A DNA stretch of 64,000 bases, taken from Lingula anatina. Its lineage: Eukaryota; Animalia; Brachiopoda. Made by a program: the position numbers and the translations under genes. Positions 37,882 to 52,862 of this stretch are shown piece after piece; the first letter of the stretch is position 1; every line of letters begins with the position of its first letter. The stretch is taken from positions 5,518,001 through 5,582,000 of the forward strand of contig CM120647.1 in the NCBI GenBank assembly GCA_051362555.1. Reading direction: 5' to 3'. The notes below the pieces were generated by a model. The model searched no databases, was not told the origin of the DNA, and was given only the letters and a program-made list of their open reading frames with translations.

Positions 37882-40800
37882 GCATTAAATATTTTTAAAA
37901 TTTTCTAGTATAAAGACAATTCATTTGCATTAAAATTTTTCAAATTTTTCTAGTATAAAGACAATTCCTTTATTTATGTAAACATGGCAAAACCCCTATC
38001 TTTGCGTAAAGTAGGAGAAATTTTCCATTCCCAAGGTGTCAGCAGCATGCGGAAATTACTTGTATTGCCTATTCAGAATGTCACTGCTTTTGTTTATTCA
38101 TTTTTCTTGTGCACGGTACGTACCCTTGGACAACGTACGTGAGGGCGGTCGCGTGAAAAAAATAATTGCACACGGATAAACTTTGAGGTCCCAAGAATGG
38201 GTCGTTGGAAAAGCAGACACGTCCAAAAAAGTTTAGATGCACCAAGACTAGCCTGGGGTAGTTTCCTTAAGGAATTTTAGCACAAATTTTGGTCTTACCT
38301 AGCTTTATGACCAAGATTTTTACTTTGAATAAAAAAAGTAGTAGCTCCGTGAAATGAAAAAAAAAACTTTCTTATTTAACAAGAAAGACATTGTTTCTAT
38401 TCCAGATAAATACTTAGTATATTTAGTAGACTACTATAGGTTTATCTTGAGATACTTTAAAAAGCCAATTTTAAAATCAAAAGTTTGGACCGATTTTGAG
38501 GTAAACTTCTTTTGTGAGATGTGCTCGTGGGACATTATAAAACTTCAAAATTAGCAAATCGATATATATTAATTAGGTTTAAATTTAGCAGGCTTACAGA
38601 TAAATATAGTCAGCTATTTGTCATTAAGATCTCTCCGCCGTACAAGTCTCCGACAGATATAAGGTGTCGTCTGCTTTGTTACGGGGGCGTTCCTTTGCAA
38701 TTAAATCACCTTTAGTTTGATCTAGTTCTCTTGCGGCTCGTTTCGGATCCGAGACGATTATTTTAATTTAATTATCCTGAGACGGTTTTGCAATTAAGTG
38801 GTCTGTGAATTTTCATTAGTACAAAACGCGAGAAAACACTTACAAGCACTAGTAGTAATTCAACACAATTCAAGGCCCTGTTCTGTAAGACGCAATGTAG
38901 TAGTTGGGTCGGTCCACATTTGAGGGGATTCTTGCTAAGTGCAATCCTCGGCATCGGCTTAATTGTTTCACACGCCTTAGCGATCAGCTGTGGGGTAATT
39001 AGGCCGAGACCACACTAAAGTTAATTACCCCCTAGCTGCTTGAGTTAACCCGATTGCAATTAGCGACAGCCCCCGCAGAGTTGGGCCGACCTAGCTAGAA
39101 CAATGTATCTATCTGAATGCTCCCTAATAGTGTCATTGTTATCTTTTTGGCCCTTATGGAGAACTAATTTTGTGGACAACGCAACGTTCGGGGACATGTC
39201 ATGTTGAGGACTTAAAGTGCTTAACAGCACCCCGGATGTTTTCCAGCCGTGTTGAAGTGTCCGAGACATACACAATCAGGTCGCACTGGTGCGTTGCGCG
39301 TGAAAAAAAAAAAAAAAAAAAAAAAAAAACACACGAGATATACTGCGATATATCCAGCAAACACAGAACATTTGTTTATCATTACGTTGCCATAAAGTTT
39401 ATATTTCCAAAAAATAAAATCGTTATAAAACTGCGTTTTCTGGGTAGCTGTTGAGAGTTTGAAATATACAACCCTACGAAAATGTTGAGTAGAAATAGGC
39501 CACCGGTGCCCACTCAACGAAACTTCCTTTAAACATATAATTATAACAGAAAAGGCAAAAATTATCATGCATGGGGAGACAATGCTAATTTTGATATGTT
39601 TAATTATTTTTGATATATTTATTTGATATTTTCCTTTTTAATTTTTCATTATTTATTCTTTCATTTACTGATTTATTATTTATTTATTTATTCTTTTATT
39701 TTACTTTGCCTACCTCGGCATGTATATATAACTAGAGGCGAGGACAAAATCAAATATTGAAAATCGACTGTTTTGTGCAGCTCCGCTCGAAACACCCGAG
39801 AGTTTTCTGAGGGGAAAAGGAGTGAAGAGAGTAGATACAACGTCGAGGGGGACTCCTGACCATTTTTACCCCTTTTTCAGGATACAATGTGGCTGTGACT
39901 CCCAGTACGACCCTGACTCCAGCTGTTCTGTGACCCCCCCCCCCCCACCCCAGCTGCAGTGTAACCCTTGGCTGCACTGTGGCCCCTGTGTAATATAGTA
40001 GTAAGATTTTACGCGCGTTATATCCTATATGCACAATTTACGTTATTGATTATACACTTGAGTTAATACAGGCAGAATTAAGAGCACGTGGTCTGTCAAA
40101 CCACCAGCATCTCAAGTCACTTTATAATACACAGGTGCACCGTGACCCTCCAGTTGCAGTGTGACCCCACGGGTGCGCACTAACCCCTCCTCCCCCTCCC
40201 CTGTTTGACCCTGTTGCACTATCACCCCCGAATGCAGTTTTACCTAATTTGATCTGACTTTCTCCAGAAAATTAAAAAAAGAAACAAAAAGTTTACTTTG
40301 CTGCTGTTTATTGACTGATGTTTAGTGCTGTGTTTACATCAAATACATTTTGGTAAAATAGATAAAGAAAAGAAGAGCTAAAATTAGGATATTTTAATAT
40401 AGCCTACATGTGGTAACGGTATACTCGTTTGGAACTTAAAAGCCTCCATAGTGTCAATATGACAGAAGGGCATATTGGAAATAAATGATAGAATTTTATC
40501 AGTAAAAACATATATACTGTCAATAAGACAGAAAAGCATATTGGAAATAAATGATAGAATTTTATCAGTAAAAACATATAGGCCCTATGCTGTCAATAAG
40601 TCAGAAAAGCATATTAGAAATAAATGATAGAATTTTGTCAATGAAAAAGAATTTTATATTAATTATTATATTAAATGCAATCAAGATAAGAATCTAAAAC
40701 ACTGGTAGAAAATAACCAACAATTCATCAAGTCCAGTAAGGGATGCGGTCCGTCTTGGATGGTATCGACTTCTGGTCTGCTCTGTGCAGGACACACTCCA

Positions 40801-41513
40801 AACAGTTGTCTCGTTTCCGGGTTTCCTCAGAAAAAGTAGCGCACTAGTTCAAATTATGTTCTCGAGAGGACGATTTGTAAATCCGCCATATGCTTATTCA
40901 AATCTCACATGAAAGAACGAGAGCTTTGAATAATGGCAACTGTTAATAATATTTATGGCGTTCAGACATGGGTCCGCTAGGAAAAGAATGTGAATATTTG
41001 GATCTTAAGTCATTTCATTAAGTAACTCATGGTTGGTCTGCCACAGGAAGTGGTGCCGGTCCAAAAGAAGTTTGTTCCCGGGTTCACGAAGTCACGTAGT
41101 GAATAGAGTGTTTCCTGATGATACCACTGAAAGATACACAGAAGAATAAATAAATAAATAAATAAATAAATATATATATATATAAATAAATCCACTTCTA
41201 CCGTTTGCAATTCATTTTGCCAACCAAAAGTATTTTTACATACATGTACATGTAGGCCTACATATGATGTGCACAAACATTGGAAAAAGAAGGGAAATAT
41301 GTCTAGGAAAATTCAAATAAAAAACAGAAGAATGTCCTTTTTTCACACTTTCTCTCACAACGCTTTCACACTGGATCGTGAAGTAAGTTCTCTACACAAG
41401 AACGTATTTAGTCTGTCCTGAAATATCTTCTTAAACAATGACTAATGTTTATTTTGAAATTATATTTAAGTATATATCTTAATAATTTTATGAGAATCTA
41501 TCCAAACCACACC

Positions 41514-43939
41514 TTAGTTCTCTCTTCGTTGAAGATCCAGGAGTCTTTTAAGTAGATTGATATTGGCGTCTTCAACTGAAAGGAAAATCATACAGAGCTA
41601 CAATAAAATTTCATAGGTATGCAGACACACAAATACTGGCTGCACATACATAATAATTATTGGCACTTCTTTCACACCAGACCTTAGTTAGTGTGTGTAC
41701 ATTCATTTTACCTCTGCCCATTTTCCGTTGAAGATCCAAGATTCTTTTAAGTAGGTTACTATTGGCGTCTATTTTTCACACACTGGGGCTTTTCACTGCA
41801 CACATGTACGGTGGCTCCTAATTAAACCTATCCCTTTTTTCTTCTTTTTTTAACAGTTATATTACATTCATTTAACCTCTGCCCCTTTTCTCCTGATCAT
41901 CTACAAACCAGATTTGAATAATTCCACGCGTTTTCCGCTATCTTTTTTTCAATAATATATATATATATATATATCTATATATATATATTATGTGTCCGTG
42001 GCAATTAACGCTTTATTCAATTTAAGCTTCATATTGCTTGTTTGTTCGTCTGTTTGTTTTTAAAATATTGATAGAAAGTAATATTTTGCTTAAACGACCA
42101 TCTTTATGGGTGCGAAAAATGCGAGTGTTTTAATGGCATGTGCACGTGTTTGTGTGCGTGTAAGCACAATTACCTCGTTTATCGTCGTTAACCCGATATG
42201 CTGCATACCCTAGAATAAAAAAATTATAATGACTTTAATACTTTTTCAGACTGGATCAAGCTTCTCACTGCATACATATACGGTGGCTCTTAAGTTACTT
42301 ATTATTAAGTTACTTATTTTTTGCTTTTCTTTCTTTTTTTTTTTTTTTCAGACAGTGTAATGTGAAATGCTTAAAGATATCACGTGACAGTGACGATGTT
42401 AGTTTTTCTTTCGGTTTTAAGGGTGTTTTAGTTTGTTATTCTGTATAGATTAGTTAAAGTTATTTTCTGCTTTAGGCTCCATCATGTACCACCGGTCATT
42501 GGTCACGTGTGTACATGTATGTGTGCGTGTTACCTGCGGTCCCTCGTTTATCGTCGTTCATCCGCTTGCTTGTATAATACCCTGAAATGAAAAGAGAATG
42601 TCTTCTGCAAATTTCTTACAGTATTTCAATTTCCTTAATTACGGTGTCTTCCAGAAAAAAATACCAACAAATATATGATGATGTAGCTTTCCAAATGTGT
42701 CCTGACTGTGAGCGGTTATTTGTCACGTGTGTATGTGTATGTGTGCGTGTTACCTGAGTTCCCTCGTTTATCGTCGTTCATCCGCTTGGATGCATAATAC
42801 CCTGAAATGAAAAGAGAATGTCTTCTGCAAATTTCTAGCAGTAATGCAATATCCTTAATTATGGTGTCTTTCAGAAAAAATACTAACAAATATATGATGA
42901 TTTAGCTTTCCAATGTGTCCTGACTGTGAGCGGTTATTTGTCACGTGTGTACATGTATGTGTCCGTGTTACCTGAGTTCCCTCGTTTATCGTCGTCAACC
43001 CGCTTGGCACGATACGCTGAAATTAAAAAAGGAATGCCTTCTGCAAATTTCTTACAGTATTAAGTTCTTTGTCTTCCAAAACAATGTGCCAACAAAAATT
43101 TGATGATTCAGAGTTTTTATGTCCCTGACAGTAAGAGATTATACAAAACTTCAACAGTTGGTGTATTTTCCTAGTTAAAGAGTTAATGAGGAAAACAGTG
43201 TTTTTCTGTACTTAAGTTATAACACAAGTGGATGAATCGTAACTTCCTCTTTGTACAGCGTGATGATTTAGCCTTCTTGTTTGGCTATGGTGCATACAGG
43301 CCGACATTGGAGCAGTTTTAGGATTTGTGCTATAAAAACATACGGTAAATGCATCCTAAATATCAAGTACCACTTCATTTTTTTTTCGATTTTTAAAAAA
43401 ATTTCTCGGTATTTCTCTTTAGTTTCAATGTGCATTTGTGCTTAATGGCGATTGGTTATTGATCTTGTATGGCTACGGTGCAAACACGCCAACAGTGGAG
43501 CATGTTTACAGTTTTAGGCTTCGTGCAAAAAAAATTTAGCCTGTGCTGGGAGACGCCTTTTCTTCTTGTCTACGTCATTGGCGTTGCAACCCCTATAAGT
43601 GTGCTGCGACAGATGAAGATATAGAGAGAGAGATCATTACAACTTGGTCCTTTGTTTGTATTCAAAATTAAAATAGTTTGCACTCTTTCGGCCTAAGGGT
43701 ATTGCATCGCAGAAATAATATCGTAGAACCCCTGATCACATAGCCAGATATATACGCGTTTGCCAAACCAAAATGACCGACTATCTAGCTAGAGACATAT
43801 CTGTGAATATCTGTAAAAAATCTATTTGTCGCCCTGGTAGAGGGTAAACAATGTACATCACAAAATCTGAGATCGTCTTAATAAAACTGGCCATATACAA
43901 ATGTAGCCAGAAATCTACACTCGCGTGATTTATGTGTGA

Positions 43940-43970
<31 letters not shown>

Positions 43971-46900
43971 TTTATTTTTGAAATATAAGACGATATAATG
44001 ATTTTTTGTTTTTTATCAGCTACTAAAAATTGAACAGTAGCGTATTCTTAAATATTGAAGTACGCTTCAAATACAATAATGCAATTCTGTCCGTAAGTAT
44101 TGCGTTTTCATATTTATTTATCATTTTAATGTGTCACTTTAATGTCCATCTGTATGTGTGCGTGACTATGAGAGGTTATTAATCGCACGTGTACATGTAT
44201 GTGTGCGTGACTATGAGAGGTTATTAATCGCACGTGTACATGTATGTGTGCGTGACTGTGAGGGGTTATTAATCGCACGTGTACATGTATGTGTGCGTGT
44301 TAACTTAATTACCTCTTCTGTCGTTATTCAGCCGGTATGGATACCCTGAAATAAAATAAATATATATTTTTTTATGTTCTTCATCGAAACATTTTTTGTG
44401 TAAAAAGGGACTGCTTGTTCAACTACATGTACATGCATCATCAGGCATGCGAGCGCAGATGTTTACGTTACATGCTAACGTGCTTGTGTGTTATTTTTCC
44501 TCGTTTTCTCTTTCTCATCTTTGTTCCTCTATGTGAGCGTGTAACCGCTGTAGAAATTAAATGTTTTTCATCATTATGGAAGCAGGCAAAAACGTTTTTA
44601 AAAATTGATCAAATTAAAGGAATCCATCTTGACACGCTTATCCGCCTCTTGTGTTTTACTATATTGATAAATCAAAGCCATATTTTTCTTTAGTGTCTAG
44701 CTATATTGTGCGTGGTTTTGTGTTCTTTTGACCGCGTGTGTACGTGTGTGTGTGTGTTTCCATAATTACCTCGTTTATCGTCGTCAACACGATACGCTGC
44801 ATACCCTGAAATAAAAAGAGGACATGATTTAGATTTCTTCGTAGAATGAAGCGGTTGGTAGAATCAATATTTGTGTAAAAATAATTGTTAGATCAACTAC
44901 ACGCATCAGCATGTGTGCGAGTGCATATGTTTGCGTTGTAAGTGCGCATGCGTGCATGTTACCTCTTCCTCTTTTCTCCTCATCGTCTACGTCATTGTCA
45001 TAAAGCCGCTGAGCTCTATAACCTAAAATCGAACAAGAATACGGTAATATTTGATTTAAAAAGTATCAACAGTAATGCATTTTCAGGAATTCAGAACGCT
45101 TATATATAGAACCGTCTTTAGCAAAATAAAGCATCAAATTCGTTGTGAATTTGCCACAAATTTGCTGCAATAAGACTGCAAATGAGCAGCAACATTGTAT
45201 TTATTTTAAACTCCTGCAAACTCGTTGCTGCAAACTTTTCATTTTGTTAAGGGTGCCTCTTTTATATTCGTTAAAGTATTCTATTCTGTAAATTGTTAGC
45301 CAGTCAAAATCCCTTACAATCGTCGACCCTACAATGACACAGGAATTCATCAGTTGGTGTATTTCCCTGGTTTACTGTTTTCCAGAAAAACACCAACACA
45401 TGTACAGCATGATGAGAAAAAAAATTAAATCTGACACTGGATCTCTCTTGAATCGAGTAACACTACGTTCTGACCTCCTCACAAAGACTTCCTTAAAACT
45501 TTGGTTGCACGCTTACGTACTTGGGTGTTATTCTCTCTCGTTTTCTCTTTTTCATCTTTGTTTCTGTATGTTCATGAGCGTGTATAACCTCTGTCGCAGT
45601 TAAATATTTTGGGCGTTTTTTTCATAATGGAAGCAGGCAAAAACAATTTTTTTAAATGAACCGAATTAGAGAAATGCACGGTGATATGTGTTAAACTACC
45701 GTATATTGATAAATCAAAGTTAAATTTTGTCTTAATGTCCAGCAATATTGTGCGTGATTTCGTGTTCTTTTGACCACGTGTGTAGGCCTACGTGTATATG
45801 TGTGTTTCCATAATTACCTCGTTTATCGTCGTCAACTCGATTGGCTGCATACCCTGAAATAAAACGAGAACATGATTTTGTTTTCTTGGCAGAATCAATA
45901 TTTGTTTAAAAACAAAAAAATAAATGTTTGATCAACTATACGCATTAGCATGTATGTGGGTACATATGTTTGTGGTGTACAGTACCAGCACGTGTTCATG
46001 TTTGCGTGCGTGTGTTCTTACCGTAACCTCTACCGTAACCTCTACCGTAACCTCTGCGATTCACCTCGTCATCTACGTCACTGTCGTCCACCCGCTGAGT
46101 TGCATACCCTGAAAATAAGACGACTATTTATTATTCTCGTCTACTACAAACATTAAAACAGCGTTGCATTATCACAGTTTCGGGGTTAATTCGATTTGTA
46201 ATTTTTTCGAAAAAAAGTTACATATATCTTTACGTCTTTGTCGTCCTCCCGTTGAGCTCCATAGCCTGAAAATAAGATGACTGTTTATTATTCTCGCCTG
46301 CTACAAATATTAAGACAGTGTTACATTTTGACAGATTCGGGTTTTATTCTATCTGTACTTTTTTTTCGTAAAAATAATTTACATGCATATTCGTTTCATG
46401 CTTCCCATATCCCTTTAGAGCATAAAAGAGTGTGTGTGTTTGCGATGGCGATTGGTTATTTATTATGTGTGTACAGGTATGAGAGCGTCTATGTTCCTAT
46501 TACAGTAAAATGCATGTGTGCACTGCCGTTTGTATGTGTGCCAGCGTGTGTAAGTACCAGTACATGTTCATGTTTACGTGCGTGTGTTCTTACCGTAACC
46601 TCTTCGCTTCACCTCGTCATCTACGTCACTGTCGTCCACCCGTTGAGCTCCATACCCTGAAAATAAGATGACTATTTAATATTCCTTGTCTGATACAAAC
46701 AATAAGGCAGCGTTGCAATATTTACAGTTTCGGGATTTATTCTATCTGTAATTATTTCGAAAAAACTACATATATCTTCATGCCTTCCATATCCCTTTAT
46801 AGAATGCATGACTTTGTGGAGGCAATTGGTTATTGATTATGGGTGTGTATGCGTGAGAAGCCAGCAATTTCAAAGGGGGGGTCTTTTTCCGAAAAAAGTG

Positions 46901-48589
46901 GACCTTTTTTACAGTGAGACCTACATGTGCTATATTTTTATGTTTTCATAAAGGCAAATAACAACAAGTCTTGGCAGATTTTATTCTTTTTTTTTTTTTT
47001 TTTTTTTGCATTTTTCCTTTACTGCAAGATTATTTTGGAACAGTTGCAGCATTAAAAATTAAAATAAATAGCAATCTGAAAGAAGAATTTTGCATAATTA
47101 CTATTAATTAAATAGTGATATTGTCAGTCAATTTATGTAGAATCTGATATGATTGAAAATACTGATTAAGTTCTTGGCCTTGCACTGGGCAGTTTTACAT
47201 TTCTGCCAAGTGCTTTTTTTTTTTTTTTTTTTTTTTTTTGACTCCATTGTACAGTGGTTAAAGTTCTTCGATTGCCATGAAAGTTTTTAATCAGACACTG
47301 TATGGTGCTGTCATATGCTGGTGCTATCGGCAACGAATTAATTTGCCTTTGTTTCTGAGTGAATCTACCGTCTAAAATCACTATTTCTGAAAATATTTGC
47401 TTTTTGCTGAGGTAGGCTAGGCAATGCACGGCAAACTTCTTAGTACGTGTGTACAACATAATTAAAAAAAAACCCTAGCAAAATTTGGTCAGGAGTTGCT
47501 TGAAGCATAGCACAGCGTTGCTGTTTATCGCATCAGGCCGTTAGTTTGTCAATTATCACTAATAACCTACCTTGTATTGTATTGTATTGGGGGTAGTAAT
47601 TGCAATAAACAAGCACAAAAACTTCTTTGTGTTAGTACCATTCAAAAGACTTCCGTTCACACCCATTAGACTGAGATAGCGATCAGCTGGCTACCTGGGC
47701 TTCGTTTATTTTAAAAGCCGGACATCCACTTTTACAAACAGGCTTCCCCAGCACTAGTGGGCTAGATTTGGTCTTAAAGTGCAATTTAAGTTCACAAGTG
47801 ATCTTACACGATCTTAATCATTACTGCAGTAGTCTTAAAATGGACTGAATCTGCTTTTAAGATCAAAAATGATCTTACATCTACTTTAGTGGTCAAGCAG
47901 TTCCCCCCCCCCCCACAATGGGGGACACCTCCCCTCACAATAGAGGACACCTCTGCTCACAATAGGAGAATGTGTAAGAGGAGACAACTTAATTGGCTGT
48001 CAGACTAGAAATGGTCTTACTCATGTTTTAAGATCATGTAAGACTATTTGTGTTCTTAAATTGCATTTTAAGACCATATCAAGCCCACTAGTGCAGTTAA
48101 GTGTAAATAGACCAGGGAATTATATCCGATATAATTCCCTGAATCTAAAATCTACATGTAATGCTAAACGGTATATTAGATATTAGCCTGAATGGACATA
48201 GGACATAAAAGGACATAGAATCTAGATCAAATTTTGGTTCAGAGAGAAAAAAAGGGCGGTTCGTTCGGACCCCCCCCCCCCCCCCCGGCTACGTTAAACA
48301 TTAACGAATGTACAGCATGATGAGAAAAAATTAAATCTGACACTGGCATTTAATTCCAGGTACCACATCTAACATGACTTATGGTAGCTAAATTACGAAT
48401 TAGTTGTGAAGATATCTATATTTTATACCATTTATTCAAATTTATGATATGTATTCCTTGAAGGCATGCCACGCCGCCCACACTATACACTTGCAGTACT
48501 CAGTCGGCACAAGCTATCACACGCGTGTTCTTTAACGAACATACATATATATATATATATCCTTATGCTAATTGTGCGTAAATTTGGTG

Positions 48590-48634
<45 letters not shown>

Positions 48635-50238
48635 GAAAACATTTAACCTCTGTGGATTTCACAGTGAAACATTGGCTTTTAGGGGGTACATGCTATCAAT
48701 TTAAATAAATGGTATAAAATATGAATATATCTTCACCTAAATAACAGCAAAAGCATTTATACCTCACGTGCTTTATTAAAAAATAATATGTGATTTCCTT
48801 TATTATTCATTGAATCAATATAAATATTCTGCTTTTATGGCTTTTAGGGGGTGCATGCTGTAAATTAAAGTAAATGGCATAAAATCTGGAGAACTTTACC
48901 GATATATTGTATTTTCTGTTCTAATATATTACCTCTCTTCTCTACCTCTTCGTCATTGACTTTATCGTTTATTTTCTCAGCTCTATACCCTAAAACAGAG
49001 CAAGAATAATTGTAATCTGTCCATCACCTAAATAACAGCAATGGCATTTATACCTCACATGCTTTATTTAAAAAATAATATGTGATTGCCTTTATTATTC
49101 ATTGAATTAATATTAATATTCTGCTTTTATGGCTTTTAGGGGGTGCATGCTGTAAATTAAAGTAAATGGCATAAAATCTGGAGAACTTTACCGATATATT
49201 GTATTTTCTGTTCTAATATATTACCTCTCTTCTCTACCTCTTCGTCATTGACTTTATCGTTTATTTTCTCAGCTCTATACCCTAAAACAGAGCAAGAATA
49301 ATTGTAATCTGTCCATCACCTAAATTACAGCAATGGCATTCATGCCTCTCTCACGTGCTTTATCTCAAAGTATAATATGTGATTTCTTTTATTAGTCATT
49401 AAATCAATATAAATATTCTGATTTGTTGGATTTGAGGGAATGCATGCTATGAATTACAAATAATTTGGACAACTTCACCAATGTATTGTATTTTCTGTAA
49501 AAATATATTTTACCTCTTCTCTCCTCTAGCTCTTCGTCATTGACTTTGTCGTTTATTTTCTCAGCTCTATACCCTAAAACAGAGCAAGAATAATTGTAAT
49601 CTGTCCATCACCTAAATAACAGCAATGGCATTTATACCTCACATGCTTTATTTAAAAAATAATATGTGATTGCCTTTATTATTCATTGAATTAATATTAA
49701 TATTCTGCTTTTATGGCTTTTAGGGGGTGCATGCTGTAAATTAAACTAAATGGCATAAAATCTGGACAACTTAACCGATATATTGTGTTTTCTGTACAAA
49801 TATATTACCTCTCTTCTCTACCTCTTCGTCATTGACTTTGTCGTTTATCTTCTCAGCCCTACTGGGGGTAAAGCCTAAAACAGAGCAAGGATAATTGTAA
49901 TTTGTCCGTCACCAAAATATCAGCAATGGCATATGTCCCTCTCTTGTCTTCGGCGCAACTATGTGAGTGCGTGAGACGTCATACATGCGAGTATCCGCGG
50001 ACCCCCCTTCAAATAATTCTGGATCTGCCCCTGCTGTCTGGACATGTATGTGTGCGTGTAACCTCATTAACCTCGTTTGCTGTTGATAGCCCGTTTATCG
50101 TTCTATAATCTGACCACAATACTACTTTTCTGGAATTTCATCTCCCATTAGTTTGTGGGTGTCATGGCGATTTTTATGAATTACTTTGAAAATAACTGTT
50201 TTTTTTCTGCCTGCCCGCCATTCCTCTCATATTTCATC

Positions 50239-50302
<64 letters not shown>

Positions 50303-51206
50303 GTGCGTGCGTGCGTGCGTGTGTGTGTGTGTGTATCCATGCCTGCTATTTCCGTTACCTCTCTTCTCTTCCATTCTATACATGTATGGACGCCTTGAAA
50401 TTCAAGAAAAAATATTACCGTACAATTGTATCGCCACATTTATCTGGTTATTCATCGCACGTAAGCACACGACCACATTGATTTCTTATCGCACTTTTTT
50501 TTCATAAAGAAATATAATAAAAATGGCGGCTTTTCAATTGGTGAAAAGTTTGACACAAACAACTAAGGCCGCATTCTCAGTAGCGGGCTTACTAGTCCAC
50601 CGATCAAATATGGCCGACCCCTTTAAATGCTTGTCGGTTAATCCCTGCCGGAATCTATTCAGTGTCTATTAGGGGATTATGCGACAAGCTTTTAAGTGGG
50701 TCGCCATATTTGATCCGAGACTAGTTAGTTCGTGGTTGTGAAAGAGGCCGAGGTCTGCTAGTACATCGTGCCGATCACTTCTTTAACTTCTACGGTTCAC
50801 AAAATATGTACATGTATCTGAATGCATCGTCACAAAGCTATAAAATGTTTAAAAGTCACGAACGACCATTTTAATACGGAAAAAATCACTGAACTGGACA
50901 AGCTATCTAAAATAATGGTTTCATGTTTCTTACATATTACGTCATAGAGAAAATGTTTGTAAATCGAACTTGGTATGTACTACTCTGTTCCGGTATGTTG
51001 TTATGATATCAGTGTACATATTTATCTGATATTTATATGTCGTTATACATATACATTTCCTTTTTGGCATTTATACTGGTACGGTTTGCTGTGTCGATAA
51101 CAATGAAACTGATTTGGGGTGCATTGTTGACATGAAAAACGAGTAGCAGTTTGTAAAACGAGGAAGAAAATGAAACCCAGCTGTAACTAGTTACAGCTGT
51201 TAAATT

Positions 51207-51244
<38 letters not shown>

Positions 51245-52296
51245 AAGGAAAAGACAGAGAGAGTGGAAATGAGAAACCAATGAGAGAGAGAGAGAGAGAG
51301 CGCGTGTGTGTGCTTGGGGGGAGGGGATCTTCATCTGCTCCATTCTCTTCGTTGTCCACGTAAAAGTCTTGATCGTTAATTTTCTGTCACTAACTGTCTG
51401 TTCAACTAACTGTTTGCGTGATATTAACATTCTGCTATATCAATTAACTATCCAATATTTCTTTACAAGGCACTCTTTGGAAGCTGTAGTTCATTTACAA
51501 CATCAATACTCATATCCAAATGTATATTTTCTATTACAACATACGTGAAAATTATTTTTTTTTGATTATGAAGTGAACCCGTCAATTAAAACCTTGTGTG
51601 CCTGTGATATCCTCCACTGTTGTCAAAAACGAAAACATTTTTCAGACTAGTTTACACTTAAGGCAATTTTACTTGCATTTAATAACTTGCTTTTTTTTTC
51701 ATTTAAATTTATGTTCTTCTTCTTTTTCTTCAAATTTCTATTAACGAAGTAAGGTTAACAGTTAACAGTTAACCTTAAATCAAGTTTACTATTAAGCTCA
51801 CGAGTAAATATTCCAACAACTATTTAACGTTTAGTATACGCATTGCAAAGTAAGACACATCCTTTCATGTAATCAATTTTTCATGAGCCAGCGGTTGTAT
51901 TATCAATTTATAATCGTTGAATTGAATTGTTAAATTTAAAAATGTACTTTTAACGTCATTTTATTCTTTTTTCAACCCGACATAACTTCTCTGAATTTCG
52001 CAATACATTTTAAAACAACTCGGCATGTAATCACTAAACAATGATTTACAATCAAGAAAATTAGGTGTCGTGAAGATATGAAAAATATTTATAAATCATA
52101 AACCTAAATAATCTTACTCAAGTATTAAGTATTGCTCCATTTTCATCCTATGGTTTGAAAGGTATTATTCCTGCGTTTTCCTTGTGTACCTCTCTCTCTC
52201 TCTCTCTCTCTCTCTTTTCAAACACACATGCATGCCCATACACAATACAAGCACAAACGCGCATTAGCAAACTGAACACACATTTACAAGCACGTA

Positions 52297-52335
<39 letters not shown>

Positions 52336-52802
52336 AGAGACATGCATATCCAAACAGACATACACCCGTTCATACATAACGAACACGCACAGGGGAGGAA
52401 CGTAAAAACTTAATATTGTCAAAACTGCGATAAGATAATTGGGCGGGATCTCCCCAAGCAGAGCGATATTTTTTAGGATCAGATGGATAGAAGAACTGAA
52501 AACATCATGGGAAATTCTCACCTAGCATCACCACTTTTTACCTTTCTACCTATAGCAACAGTAGGCTCTTAACTTACAAACGTTGTCAACACTTTTAAAC
52601 ATTTTTGTCAGTGTGCAGTAACGTATTTCAACTTGTTTTCTAAACATAATTCTTTATTTATTTACTGTATTACTTTTACTTTATATTTTTATCAAACCTT
52701 GCATCAAAGGAAAACGGCTTCTGACATTTAAAATTGGCTGACTGAATTCTTATCTTATCTCATCTTGCCCCATCTTATCTTATTGTATCTTACGCACTCA
52801 CT

Positions 52803-52862
<60 letters not shown>

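Noticed and set aside
40700-40967. Acceptor ttcttttcctag followed by Cys-containing reading frames
   Set aside because: All frames hit stops and it lies downstream of the gene B stop codon; most likely 3' UTR or a decayed exon.
43545-43605. Minus-strand ANDVDKKKRR similar to family exons
   Set aside because: No GT donor in phase and the flanks are not homologous to other exon units.
51178-51199. 22-bp perfect palindrome CAGCTGTAACTAGTTACAGCTG
   Set aside because: Isolated and intronic with no associated structure; may be a repair or excision footprint.
51320-51385. Acidic segment NDQDFYVDNEENGADED resembling gene A spacer exons
   Set aside because: No convincing in-phase acceptor or donor; at best a dead exon.
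50155-52521. ORFs with SLSLSL, CVCVCV and HTHTHT runs
   Set aside because: Translations of (CT)n and (GT)n microsatellites.
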